Shown here: piece by piece, positions 1 through 15,000 of the stretch
Layout: each line of letters starts with the position of its first letter
Numbering within the stretch: the first letter of the stretch is position 1
Notes under the pieces: model-generated
What the model was told of the DNA's origin: nothing
The model's database searches: none
Seen by the model: the letters and a program-made list of their open reading frames with translations, nothing else
Program-made: the position numbers and the translations under genes
Source of the DNA: Candidatus Omnitrophota bacterium
GTDB lineage: Bacteria; Omnitrophota; Gorgyraeia; Velamenicoccales; Velamenicoccaceae
NCBI GenBank assembly: GCA_043819345.1
Contig: JBDREX010000009.1
Coordinates: 39,911-103,910, forward strand
Direction of reading: 5' to 3'
DNA: 64,000 nucleotides

Positions 1-3000
1 AGGCGTTTTTACCAAAAAATAAGACGGCCCTAATATACTGATGATCATTGTCTCCATAATCCGCTGTCTGAGGCCCGTAAACCGTTGGAAAAACCGGAGC
101 AACAACCTGCATAGTTTCTGGGCGTTTCTCAAACATCCCCACTAAATCTTTCTTGTGCGCTGCATCAACATCATTGCGATCATATAAAACCGTATGTTCC
201 GGTTCAAAATCTGTCTGCAGGACAGTATTTTTAGAAAGAGATATCTCCAGATAAACGTAAGGCGCTCTGCGGCCCCCCGAAAGAGGAGAAAGGGTTTGTA
301 AAAGCTCTTTATTCTTCAAATAAGCTCGAATCAAATTTTGTGCTATGCTATGCCTATAAGCAAACAACACCCACTGCGCCCGGGAAACAGAATCATCTAT
401 GGAAGGAATCATAAAATTAAAAGCCGTCAGGTCAAAATAATGAAGTGGCACTTTTCTGAATTTTTTTAATAATCCTTCATTTAATACCGGTAGAATAGCC
501 TCAAGATATCCTGACGTGCTGTAAAGAAGTTCAAAATCTCTCACAGGTGCTAATTCGTTATGTAAAATCTCCAGACCAACAGGAATAGCTAGGGGATTAC
601 GGCGCTTCGGAATACGAATCGTATGAACTTTTAGGCCTATTTTCTCATCTTCTCTCTTACTCAACAACTCCGCCTGAGAAAGATTAAACGCCTCTAGCAA
701 TTCAAAAGCCGGCATGCCTTTAACTTTTTCAAGAAGAAACTCAACCTCTTCTTTATATCCTTTCTTGAAACTTACTTTAGCCCTCAGCAATGGTGATGCT
801 ACCACTTGATTTGCAAAAGAATCCCCGAAAAACATCATCTCCAAGGCCAGCTTATCAACCCGTCCGCGCACCTTCTCCGGAGAAAGCCTCAATAGCTCTC
901 GTGGCCCTTCCTGTATTTTTTGCCACTGTCCATTCAAAAATATTTCGGTTTCAAAACTAATCTCTATTAAAATCTGCAGTAAAAACTCCTCTAAACCCAA
1001 AAATGACATTTCCAAATACTCGCTCGCTTCCAAAGCCAAAGCCATAACCACAGATCGCATAATATCTCGCTCCGAAGCCCCTTCTTGACACATATCAGCC
1101 TCAATAACATTAATATTCCCTTCCCTGGTTACTAAAAAGGCGATGTCTCCTAAAGGCTGAGAAGAACTCTTTTGGTAGATATGATAATACCCTTTTGCTT
1201 CTTCCTTCTCGGGAATTTGTTCTTCGTCTTGCAAAACCAAATAGATAACCGAATAATCCCTTAAGTGCTTTATCAATATTTCAGGACAAAACTTAATGTT
1301 TTGTTGTTTCTGCGCCGTCTTGATACCCGCTAAAGAAACATCTTTATGTGAGGCGAGATATTGACCCACTTGACACGATAACACTAGTAAATTAGACAAA
1401 TGAACAACATCCAATTGGGAACCGCCAGCTAAAACTCCCCTCACAACAGCACTAGAATCCTGATAAAAATTAACAGCCCGCTCATATCCAAAGCCTTTTA
1501 ATACATTTTTCAGCCAATCCTGGCCCATACGTTCAAGAGCAAAATGACGATGTTCATAAAAAAGAGATGTCGTTCCCATTTTGCTTCTCGGAGTTGCCAA
1601 AAATAAAGGTACATCCTGGCAAGACTGCATCTGATGATTATGTGTTACGGTCGTATTGATTTTTTCAGAACCTCCTGATGTAAACATAATACCCAAATCA
1701 ACAAGCCTGGATTTTTTAAACTCCAAAACACATAAAGGCGTATGTGTTTTATGCGCCTGTCGTATCAACCCATAATGCTCAGAAGTAGAGATTTCATCTG
1801 AAAAGAAAGATGCCGCCCTCAAAACACCCTTCCCTAAAAAGATATCTGCCAAATCACCTAATGTTGTCGCGTGATAAGTAAAAAGAGAATGGTAGGGAAA
1901 TTGCGCACTATGCCTGAACAATTTCGAGTTACTCCAACGGTATTCCGTCTGAGTCAATCCAGGTAATCCTACCAATGAACGCATATTGACATTAGAAGAA
2001 TCCTGAACAATATTTAACAAATCATAATAATCCATCACCAATGATTGTCCGAACACGCTGCGCAAAGAAGTGCTTACGGTTTTACTTTCTTCAAAAAACC
2101 GAGCTAACCGCTCCAAATACGCAGACCTGCTCAAAACCTCCTTTAAAATAACTAACGGCTGAGATAAAGCGGCCAGCTGAGTAGCTAAAAATTCAAAGGA
2201 TGCCTCGCCGGATAAATAACCTGTAATAAAACTATTAACCAACCTGGCTTTATCAGAAAACATTAGCAAAGGCACGTCTCTGCCATAATCAATTTTCCTG
2301 CGGAAAAGACTATAGACCGCTCTATTGTTTTTTACGATATGATAACCTAGCTTTGCACATAATATTTTAACGGTCTCCTGGCTTTTTAATCCAGCATGGA
2401 CAGCTTTTTCTATGCGCCCATCATCCAGCCATGGATTATCAATCTTATAAAGAAGCATTTTAGCCTGTTCTTTAGAAAAAATTCCCTCCATAAAAAGAAG
2501 GATCACAGCAAGATTTAAAAACTTCTTCTCATTAGCTGTCATCTTTAATCCATTCTCCAGATCAAACGCCCTGACAAATATTAGCTGATCCGGAGATTTT
2601 CCATAGGGAGAATGATTCACAGCACCCACTCTCATAAAATAGTCTTCTGTTGAAATAAGATCATAAATCAAAGGATTGCCATTTGATTCTTCTTTAACTC
2701 CTCCGTCATTCTGAACCAAATTTATTTCTTTAGGATTAAATATGAGATTTCTTTCCCTCTTCAGATAGTGATTAATTTCTAAAACGATTTCCTGTTCTAA
2801 TTCCAAGCGATTGCCGTAAAAATTAGCAATCGTGTCCCAAAGAGTAAGATAAACTCCACCCAAACATTCAAGAGCTAAGGCCCTATTGTTATGGAAAAAG
2901 CTAAATAATAGCTGTCTCATGTAAGGAATACACGCCTCTGTCAAAGGCCCGACAACTTCCGTATCCCCACTGTTAAGGCGGTTTAATAAAAGGTCTACCT

Positions 3001-6000
3001 CGTCAATAGAAACCACCTCCACTACCTCCAAATTGGAAATAGTTATCGCTTCAGCACTTGGCCCCTGTTGTATCCGCCTTTTTCTGCCCAGGCTATTTCT
3101 AACCTTTCCTTGAAAAGTAATATAATAGCGCTTATCTTCAAAAATCCGCGAAAAGTATTCTTTCAATTCGCCTTTTTTGATAGCCTTCAAATCACCTACT
3201 TTTCTATTAAAATCAACAACCTGCTGATAAAGATAATTAATACGTGTAATCCGAGTAGGCTCTAATGCCTGAACCCGTTCTATGCTGGATTCAAAGTTTT
3301 CACCGCCAAAGAATGAAACAGCTTCTGAAGACAAAAAGAGATCTTTAAGCCCTCGTGCTTCAACAGTTTTATAAAGATACTGGTATCGTAATCCCAATAA
3401 ATGCATAATTTTATCTAATTGATATTCTGCCTTTCGGCAAACTTTCCCAAAGAAAACTCTTATCTCCAAGTCAAGCCCATCCTCAAGCTGATAATTCACC
3501 ACAAGTTCTTCCAAATATCCTGTCCAGCGAGGAGGAAGCCCTTGATGAATACGCTGCTCATGAAACTTTCTAAAAGCAATGATCCTACTGCCCAAAGCAA
3601 TACATAAAAAGGCCTTTAAAAGCCTTGCTTCCCTAGCTTTAAAGCCTTGTCTTTCTTTATGAGCTAAATATGTTTTCTCCCGGGCTGCCATCCACTCGGC
3701 ATCTTTCTGTCTTAATCTTTCCTGCCACTCTCTTTGCTCCTGAAAACCTTTCTTCGGCCGAAGCTCAGCGTCTCCAACAACATTCCTAATCCTGCGAATA
3801 ATCTTCTCATCTGTCCATCGCAGACAATGAACATACTCTGCAGGGTTTAATCCAGCGAATACAAAAAATTTCATTTTGCGCAAAGCGCGTTCCGGCGCCA
3901 CATCACCACGTTGTTCAGCAGGAATCCGGTCATAGGCGATACCATAATCTCGCAACTGTCTCAAGACAGAAGCCCGTTTGGCCCTTTTCCTCCGCTCAGC
4001 CTCTTGCCTTTTTTGGTCCTCCCACACTCTCTTTAGCCCCGCTTTTACACGCCCAACAACAGAAGGAATTTGCTCTTGAGAATAAGCAGCTACCCAAAGA
4101 TATTCTTTGGGGTCTAATCCCGCCCGAAAAATCAACTGCACTTTTTCTAAAACAGCTTGGGGTGAATTTTCTGCCAGAAATGGCGCATCCAAAGATGCGT
4201 AGCAAACTCCATATTCAGCCAGGCGGCTCCTTGCCTTCTCTTCTTGCTTTTGGCGTTCTATAATTTCTTGAGCCAGGCAGGGAATATTATTTTTAGCCGC
4301 AGACAAGAGACCTAAATTTTCTTTCGGCCTTAAACCAGCCTCGTGTATCAAAACAGCTTTCTCAAACACGCTGGCTAGTGTATTTTCTCTTCGGACCTTC
4401 GCCTCAAGTTGCTCATATTCAATACCCCAAGCCCTCTTTAAATCAAGCTCCGTTGGTGCAATGAGGCCCCTTTGAGACAAGTCTCTAACAAGCTCTTCTT
4501 CAGAATACTGTAATAAGGAAATGCGGTCTTTTGGATTTAAGCCATAGGAAAAAATCAAATCGGCTCTTTGTAAAACTGTATGCGGCCGGGCCTTCTCTTT
4601 TATGTATTCAGGCAATCCCTCGTAATAAATACCATGCAGTTCAACCAAATAAAACTTAGCCGACCGAATTTCAAGCCCTCTTTCTCTTGATGCCAACGAC
4701 AGCTCTGATACACTTTCCAGGCTTCGCTGTAAGTAGGAAATACAATCCGCGGGCTCCAACCCTTCTTGAGCAATAGCCTCAACCTTTTCTAAAACTTTTT
4801 CAGGCGTATTATGATCTTTGATCTCAGGAGGCAATTCATTGTAAGAAATAGAAAAACAGCCCTCTAAAATTTCAAAAGCTGTCTGCCGCTGCTTATGATT
4901 TTTTTCAATCTGAGCTTCTCTTCGGTCTTTTTTCCTTAAAAGAGACGCCTCCCTACCAGCTTTCGCCCTGATATGCTTGAGGCTACGCTTCATCCAACTT
5001 AAATAAGACAATGGATCTAGCCCCTGCCCTGAAATAATATGGGCTTTAACTAAAACACTTTCTGGCGAATTGTGCTTACGCACACCGGCCGGCAAATCCT
5101 CATAAACAATATGAAATTTTTCCGCAAGCTCCTGAAGCGCCAACTCAAGTATTTTCTGTGTTTGCATTACGTCTTCCGTCTTACGAAAAATTTCCGGCTC
5201 AATAGCATCTTTACCAAGCCTTAATAAATATAGGTGCTCTTTTGGATTCAATCCATGTGCGTAAATAATATCCGCTTTTTCCATAACAAGCGCCGCTCCA
5301 TTGGCCAATCTTAAAGACGCAGGTAAATCTGCTGAATAATTAATACCATAAGTATCCTGTAATGCCCCTAGCGCTTTCTGCTCCCTATTCGCATCTTCGT
5401 CTTGTTGACACTTAATACGCGCGGCCTCTTGCGCTATCTGTTGTTGCGTATAAGCCAGTAAATACATATATTTATCAATGTCCAGGCCAAACCCGGAAAT
5501 CACACGCAATTTAGCTAAAGCGGTTTGAGGAGAATTATCTCTCTGAAGGTATGGTGGAATATTCAGAGAATACTCTAAATCAAATTCATTCCTCAGAGAT
5601 TGCAAAGCCGTTTCCTTCTGTGTTTTTCTCTGTTTTAGGCTTTCCACTCTTTGAGAAAATTCCGTACGGCTGCAAAGAAGTAAATAAGTACATTCTCTTG
5701 GCTCTAAACCATAGGAGGCGATTTCATCAGCTTTTTGGAGTATCTTTTCAGGAATATTGCGTTTTTTAATCTTTTCATCCAAAGCCTCATAATCTATATG
5801 ATGGCGCTCTGCTAATGCGGAAATAACCGCCTCTTTCTCTTCCCTGTTTTTTTTCAGAGACTCAGACTGTTTAGCAAGCTTACCCTTGCCTAAAGCTAAT
5901 AATCCAATGTTCTCTTTAACATCAAGCCCATAGGAAGCAACAATCCCTGCTTTCTCCAGGAGTCCAATGGGAGAATTATCCCTTTTGATACCAGCCGGAA

Positions 6001-9000
6001 AACCTTCCTCGTCATAGCCAACGCCATACCGCTCTTTTAATTCCAAGACAGCCTTTTCCTGCTCTTCTCTAGAACCCCTGACAGCTGAAGAAACCCGCCC
6101 CATCTCCTGCCCAGAATCGCTAATTCTCACCTGGCTTAAATAACCCAATTCATGACCTGTTTGAGCTATTGTTTTCATTAAGCGCGAAAAAGAAATATTC
6201 CCCTTCATATAAATACCAATAAAAGCAATGATTGTCTGCGCACCAGCAGGATAACAAAGTGAAGGCATATCTATCCCACCGCAAATCTTTAACAAAAATA
6301 AATCACAAACCTCTTTATTATGTTCCTTGATAAAACATCCCAAGCGCTTCAATAATTCTTCTGTAGCCCCACTTTTCACTCCTTCTCCATCAGACATATC
6401 TGTCAATGCATAATGAAGTCTCGCCCATAACAAGGCCGCTTCTTCAAAAAGCAATAGCCCTGACAGATGTAAAATAACCACCGCGAACGACAAGAACATC
6501 CTTTCCTCATTCGTAAAAAAGACAGGTGCTTCATCCTTCTCTTCTTCTTTATTCATCAGACACTTTTCGGGATCCATGTTATAGGGTGATAATGTCCCTC
6601 CACACATCATCCGCTCAGAATAACTCTCCGCAGATACCCTAGCCAGGAAGGCATCTTCAGCCTCTTCACCTTCTAATACAATCTCCTTATAGATAGACTG
6701 CTGCTTTTTTACAGCCTGTAAAATATTACGGCGGATAGCCATATCAAGCGCTTTTTTATCTCCGGAAAATTCCTCTACTGTTTTTTTCAAAACCACATAC
6801 GCCATGCTCCAATATTGACTCACATATTCTCTGCTAAAACGCTGGTGGAGCAATCTTCTGCAGAAGGGGATATAGGCTTCAACTACACTTTGACATGCAT
6901 CCTCGCGTCCTGAATCCAGGCGATCCACTAAAATCGATAGCTCACTCTCAGGCAACTCCTGGATATTCTCAAAAACATACATCATGCCCTCTCCAAAATT
7001 CAAATCTTTTATATCCTGTTTTCTTTCTTTTATAACACGCGCAACAGAACTTTTAAGAGCACTAATCCAACCGTCAGCTTCTGCAATAGCCGACCAAAAC
7101 GCCTGCCTAAAAAACCCTTGCTCAATTTTAAACCGGCCATCAACCTCTTCATTAAATAAAGCAACCATCTGATAGACCCTGCAGAACTGTTTGGCCTCCC
7201 CTATCTCCTGTATAAGGCCATCTTGCGGAGCATCAATTCCCACAAGAAACATAAAAGCTTCCTTGCAAAAATACCAGATCAACCCATATTTTTTTATTGC
7301 TCTTCGCAAAGAATCTTCTGACACGCCTAAGTTAAGAGCCGCTGTTGCACAATTTAAAATGCCAACTCTATTAACAGCTTTGATAATACGGCTTTTTATC
7401 CTTTCCTCAATAATATGTGCATTCGCCAAAGCGATCCTCAAGAAAAACTCTCTTTCAATAGGAACAGCCCCTAATCCTTCCATAAAATCACAAAACACCT
7501 GATAAGCCACTTGTCTGCTCCCTAAAGTTTGCGCCATGAAATAGATAACACTCCTTCTATTTCTTCTGTTCACCCTCGAGTATAAAGGCAACAACGCGCA
7601 TCTTTTTATATAACCCAGGATAACCTCTTTTTTATAAATCATGAGATATAAATAATCTTTCGCTGTCAAACCCTCGGACACAATCGCCTCAGCTTTATCC
7701 AATAAGGTCGCGGGAAAGTTACGCGTTCTAATCAGGTTAGAAAAATCAGTAAAATAATTTATTCCATGCCGCTCTAAAAGCTGACGCAATGCGTCTATCT
7801 CCAACAGTAAATTAGAAACGCTAAGCACCATAAAACAAATGCAATCCTTCAAGCAAAAGCCAGCGGCAACAATAACCTCCGCTTTTTTCATGATAGAACT
7901 TGGATAATTACCCGTCTGAATCGTGGAAGGAATATCAATATAATAATCGAGATTGTATTGCTCGCATAATATCCTTACAGCTCTGGCCTCCTGTTGGACA
8001 ACACCTGCCGAATATTTCATAAAAGGAATACATCGCTCCAAAGCAACGTGTTCAAGTGCCGCAGCTTTCACCTTCGCCAATAAAGAAGAAGGCAGATTAC
8101 GACGCATAAGGAAAGCTCCAAAATGAAAGTAATAATCCAGGCCATAGGCAACCGCCATAACTTTTAAAGCTTCCAGTTCCTTTCTTAATCTGGCCACATT
8201 TAGAAACATGAGCCTTTCACATCTTTTTACATTAAACCCTGCAATAGAAATAATACGCGCTTTATTTAATATCGTTTGCGGTAAATTTTTCTTGCGAATA
8301 CCCGGCGACAAGTCTTGTTCATAATCAAAATGGTACAAACTGAATAATTCAACAAGCGCTGATCGCTGTCGATCAAATCTGGCTTCTATAGCATTCTGAC
8401 TTGCCTTCATAAAATAGATAAACCGTTTCGCACTAAAACCTCTTGAGGCGATAAAATCCGCCTTCGCTAATATATGATGCGCCAAATTAAAACTGCGGAT
8501 AGGCCCAGGAATGTCACAATAGTAGTCTATCTCATGCCTTATTCTTAAGGCGCTAAGAGCCTCCATATGCGCTTTGACTCCAGCTCCTAATGGGCTTTTT
8601 CCTTCACAGTTGGATTGTTCCATATCATATATCGCCTGCGCAAAAACCAACCCCTCCTGCGTTAAACCAGCTTTAAGGCTCTCCTGAATTGATTCGATCT
8701 TATTCACACATATCTTCCTCGCCTTCGAAGCAAAATCTCTAAGTTTTTTTTCAGGGAACAACTCTTGATGGGCAAATAAAAATGCCTCAGCAAGCTCAAA
8801 ACTTTGAAGAGCCTCAATATAGCGATAACGCAGAAACAATTCTTTCCCATAGTCCAATTCACGCCGCGCGGCCTCTAAAATAGTACACCTTTGCTCAAAA
8901 AGCTTTATCCGAATATTGCGAGCCTTTTCATAAGCAGACACTTCCTTATCTATTTCTTCAGAAAAACTATCACTATTCCTTTTACTTCTAGGATTTTCTA

Positions 9001-12000
9001 GCAACCCCAGGCCTTTCAATTTCAGAAGAACCATTCTCAGCTTCACGCCCCAATATTGCGCCAATTTATTACGGTTTAAACCTGCATGAGCTTTAATAAA
9101 ACGCAATTCTTCTAATTTTGCCAAAAATTCCCGTGGAGATTTTCGAAAATTAACAGAGGCCTCCATCAAACTCTTCCCTTCAAAAACCTGATCACACAAT
9201 CCAATCAAGTCTCTCTCTTGATGAATATCCCATGGACTTACTTGCTTTATTTCAGCAATAATTGTTTCCAATTTTCTACGCCCCTGCGTGCCATAAAGCC
9301 GCGCCATACCAGACATGCCAAAATCAAAATAAACTGAATCAATGTTTCTTAAAAACCCCAGCGCTTCTTCCAAAACCGCAGGAGGTTTATCAAAATCCAT
9401 CCTCCATCTGACCAAGTTAACTTCTCCCCTTACATAACGACACCAAAGCTCCTCCCACTGCGCCGGCTTCCAATTATAATATCCAAACTTTTCATAAAGA
9501 GTGTTTTCGATAAAACAGTTATTACAGCCTATAAAGGAAGCTAACTGCTGGGCACTATAATCTATGTAGTGATCTCTAATGCAAAGCATCACTCCTATAA
9601 TCTCCTTTAATTCTGCGACACTCCTGCCCAATTTAGCAGCAAACTTCTCAACTCTTCGGCCAATAGGCCAATTCCCATTTGTTAAATGCTTCTTAATCCA
9701 GGAGGCAATAGCCAACCCCTCGCCTTTACGAAAATCAATCCTATCCGCCGATGAAAATAAGGGCGCTTGTCGAATATCGCCTGGATAAACAATGAATACA
9801 TTATCCGAAGTCCTCAATGCCTGCCGTTGATTCTCAAAAGTATTAGACGTTGATTCACTACTCTGGGCGTTGCTGCAATTTGAATGTTCATGAAGACTGC
9901 TGGAAACAAGGTGACAATGTCCAATCATTCGGCCAGAAACAGGCGCTTCATCTTGAAAGAAATCTTTAATAAACAATTCAGCCTCCTGTGGCGAACAGCG
10001 TGAAAATTCGCAAGGACTCAAAAGATAGTCTTCCAAGTGCTTCAAATCTGTTATCTCAAAAAAAGTTGTTTTTTGATCACGACAAGAACCTATGCTGAAA
10101 AAATGACGAGAAAGCCTTGTATAGCCTTTAACGATATCAATAAAAGAATCAAAAATGCTTAAATAGTATTCTTTTTGATTCTTCTCATCAACCAGCAAAA
10201 GAAAAACATGATGGCTAATATAAGTATTCTTATCCAGCCAGCATTGCTCCGGATAATAAAAAGCACAAACCTGTTCAATACGAAACGAATCATCACACTC
10301 CCGTTTTAATAAGTGCCCTAACAGGCCATTTGCTACAACACAGACATAAGAAGGTAAAAAAACTTTCTCAATTGTTTCAATTTTTCTGCCGAATGATGCA
10401 CGAATAGAACTCAAATATAGCTGTTTCGCCTGTGCCCCGGCACAATAAAGTTGTATTGTATGGCTAACAAATGAAACAAACCGGGCAATTTCCTCCACAG
10501 ATTCCAGCCGATTGTTTTCCTGAAATCTCGCTGCTGATGAAGAAGAAATACCTTCTAATGCGCCGCGCGTTTTCTGAACAAGAAAGTATAATTCTCTACC
10601 TTTTTCAAAAAGAGAAATATAGGGGCACTGCGGCAATCCTATTAAACTTATACCATCGTCTATACATCTTTCCTCAATACCAAACTTTTTATAAAACCGC
10701 TTCGCCCTGGCATTACCGCTCGTCATAATCGTAAAAAAGTTAACTCCTTCTCCATAAACATATATCAACGCACTCATCATTAATAATTTTTCAATATTTA
10801 AAAATCCAACTTCATCGCTCGCACCTCTTTTATTACGAAACTTCTTATCAACATAAATAGCAGCACAATGAAAATCCCTGAGAAAATAAACCTTATAATG
10901 ATTAATATCCGATTTCTTCAAAAACTTCTCAGCTTTGGCGGAGAAAGGCAGCCGCAAAGAACTCAAAGACCAACTAAGATGATCTCCTTCGGAAAATGAA
11001 AAATCACAAAAAGCGACATTCTCTTTTGTCAAAAGATCAAAAACATCCATAAGACATTTTGTTCTACCGCGGCGAAGCGTAAAAATAAGTTTCTTTTGTG
11101 ACTCATAAACCGTAAACCCATCTTCAACAAGCTGAGAATAATTAAATGCATAATGAGCCCATAAAGAAGAACTACACGAGAACACGTATGTTCTTCTCTC
11201 CAAATAATTAGTCGCCTCTTTGATTAAATGTTTCTGCCAGGCTCTTTGATAATCTTTTGTTTTTGCAAAGAAGGCCAAGATCGTCGTTCCAAACAATTTG
11301 CTATTGGAACACTTCCAAATAACTTCCGGGCGCGGCTCCGGCCTCAACCTCCACCAAGATGCACTGGCCGGATAAATCACCGCACTCTCTCCAGGGTGTT
11401 CAATCATAGATAAAACAGGATATTCTCCTACAGCATACGTCAAGCCAAGCCCATAGCGGCCATTAACTCCTCTTGGGACATATCTAGTGATCGCGGTTCT
11501 AATTAAAACTCTGTTTTTTTCTTTATCAATAAATCCCGCGCCATTATCACAACAAATAAGTATTCTGAGCGTTTCTTCAAATAAATAATCCACAATCAAA
11601 GCACACCCTTTACTCACGTGCTGATGAATATTCTGAAGAACACACCCTAAAAACTGCCGCTCATTATATGCAGTTTTATCTGGAAAAACCTCGGTGGCCG
11701 CCTTCCACGGAGCCAAAACATCATGTCTCGCTAAATCTTCTATATCAACACTGAGATTATCCCTCTGCATCTGATCTCCAGCAAAAACATAGGCCCGGGT
11801 ACATTCCAACCTATTAATAGTCTCTTTACAGCGATTGAAATCAGTCCAATCTATACCACTCACCCCCCAAGGACGCATCAAATATTCAGTCTCCTGTACT
11901 AACCGGAAAACCTCATTTTTCACAAAAGAAAAAGGTGGCACAATAGCTCTCTCCTGCTTAGTTGAACGTGCAAAGATAGGGCTTGAAGAGATTTCAAACC

Positions 12001-15000
12001 ATTCCGATATATCATTCACAAGGCCTTGTTCAACCATCAACCGCCGTGCCTGCTCAGCAAAATCACCAACACGCTCAACTGTCTTACGGGCACTGCGCGG
12101 AATAAGATGTTTTTGATGAGGCGCCCAAAGTGTTGAAATCAAAGGCTTTCTCATCGAATCTGCTAAGTAGGCCACAAACGAATCCTCAGACAAAACCAAG
12201 CTGCACAAATCTACACAAGCCGCAAGCTTTAAAAGATCAGTTCGGCCAATTTCCACCAACTGCGCTTGACGGCCTTTAAGATCAAAAAGCTCATCCTGAA
12301 GGTTCGCGACGGCAATCTGATCGCCACTAGACTCCGCAAACCCCTCATTAACAACAACAAGACCCTTAAAAGACCTGACTAAATTAGACAGTCCTGCTTT
12401 CCAAAAATGATAGGTTCTCCCAAATAACATCTTAGGACCATAAAAAAGATTCACAAAAATAGAAGGAGTATGCCTCAACAGAGGATATTGTTTTTTTAAC
12501 TGCTCAATAGCATCCTTAACCCCCAAACCAAAAAACGCCTCCCTAAACACCGGCGGAAGATCATCATCCGCGAGGCCTTCAAAACCAAGTTTTTTCAGCC
12601 AAAGGGAGATCTTTTCACATGAATACAATAAGCGTGACTGACTCTGATGCTGATAACTCTCTAAACCATCCGTAATATCGGTATAAAAAGAATTTTCAGA
12701 AAGCCTATAACTAATTGTGGGATATATTAAAGCCTCCGAAGGAAGATTTTCATCAGAACTGGTAATAATCAAATTTTTTTCTGATGTGCGCAAAGACCCG
12801 ATAGAAAAATCCTGCACCGAATGAACATGCGTCCTACGGCTAAAGCGATAACAAGAAGCCGTCGGATCATAAATCTCAATTGAGTTCGCATAAGGAAAAT
12901 TCTCTTCTATAACAGGAAAAAGCACCCAGCTATGCCACAAAGCATCAGCTAAATCCATATCAGGACCAAGATAAAAAACTCGCTGGTATTGTTTGCGGGC
13001 CTGCTCATTAAATTTTTCAAAAAATGGGCCCGCATGCGCAATAATATTTGAGGAAGCACAATCATCTTCGTTTTTTCTCTGCTCCTGACCATTCGATACC
13101 TCCTGCAAACCAGTAATTTCTATATCAAAACTTTCGCCAACACTCCGCAAAACAACCATTCTATCACCCATGCAAACCAAACGATGATGAATCCCCGTTA
13201 AAAAAGAATTATCAAAAAATTCATCTTCAACTCTCAAAACAAAAACAATCCTTCCAGAAAGATCGGTTTTATACTCGATATCTCTTACGCAAATACGTGA
13301 AAAAACAATCTTCTCTTCAGCTCTCGTAGGCCTGAAAACCAACTGGCGAGCCGAAATATCCAAGATGAGTTTTCTAAAAGAATCATTTTTGCCTTCAAAA
13401 TTGATATCTTCCCCTAATTCGTTATCCCATCCATCTTTATAAAAATTTCCCCATTCTCCAAGGATTCTTTGCACCGTTTCCTCTGAAAAAATAATCTTTT
13501 TATTTTTAAATGCTATCTTTGTTTCAGTATGTTGGCTGGCGGCATAAATATAACTACCATTGGCCTGTTTCTCAAAACGATCTCCCTCTTTACTGCCCTC
13601 AAGCTCCTTGAGCTTCAAGGCAAAAAGCTCAACCACATCCTTGGCCAAAGGCTCTGTTTTCCCGGAAACGACTGTTGTTATTTCGCCACATGAACGTTGG
13701 CCTTCCTCAACCCATCCTTGCTCATCATCATACCGATAGTCAGGACTTTGCCGACCACTGCGCACGGCAACAAGCTCAGTTAAATACCAATTTTTATAAA
13801 TTAAGGGCTCTATATTCCCCTCTTGAGCCCAAGCCGTCTCAACCCCTATAGGCAACCTCAAATCTCCTATGTATTCATACACATGATTCAGGCTGAAGGC
13901 AAAAATACTCCCCATATCACAAAAAACTTTCAACCTTATTATTTTAAGACCCGGATCAATCTCATCAATCATGACCCTAAACCGATGAATAAGATGATTA
14001 AATCTCGTTATAGTCACGATAAACATACACTCACGATCAAGATGAAATTCACTGCGATTGCGTATATTCCGATCCAGAATCCTACCGTCATTAGCCACGA
14101 CAAACGAATCAATCATATCGTGAGCCTTTAAAAAACAAAGGATGCTGTTGGTGCCATTCACCGCATGAGGCGTTAAAAGACAAAAATGTGGTTTTGCCTT
14201 TTCGCCATTAAACCATGGATCATCAAAACCAAAAATCAACTGGTCCCCATCCCTGGCTTCAACAACCTTATAAAAACCTTTCCCAAGCCCATGTTTCCTC
14301 AAAGCATTTATATCAAGACACCCTGTATCCATATTTCGATATATAAAGGTATCACTTATTTTTAAAACAGTCGTTTTCGCCAACCCTGTTGATAGATATC
14401 TCCAGCAGCCCGAGCCGATCATATACTCATATCCATCTCCATAAAACGGCGAATGATCGCTATAAATAAGGCGATTCAACAGCCACCCCTTATAATGAGA
14501 GGGATACGCTTCCCAATAGACCCCTTTAGCCGCGTGAGGATCCCAACCAACACGATTTCCATATTCATCATAATCTTCTAAATCATCAGATGTAAATATT
14601 TGCAAACGGCCTTTTTTCACTTTCACCTCAAAGCTAACAACCCTATTATCCATGTCAACACATGTCAGCTTTAACTCTACTTCAAAAACAAGCTCTTTGA
14701 CCTGACTCTTAAGCACATCTTCTGTGGGACAGTCCAAGGCCTTTCTCTGCGTGGTCGCGCCACGATCTTTTCTAACAAGGATCTTTCGCGGCAAATGCGG
14801 ACTCATGTTTCTTAACTTCTTCACCTTGGTATCATTTTCAAATAAACGTAAAACAACCATCTGTCCTTCATAAAACTTAAAGACACTCGCGTTATGAATA
14901 CGTAAATCCACTTTCTTACCATTCTTATCGAAAAGCACAACCTGAAGCGATTCCGGTGTTTCAAAAAAGCATTTAATCCAGTCTTCATTGCTTCGCATAT

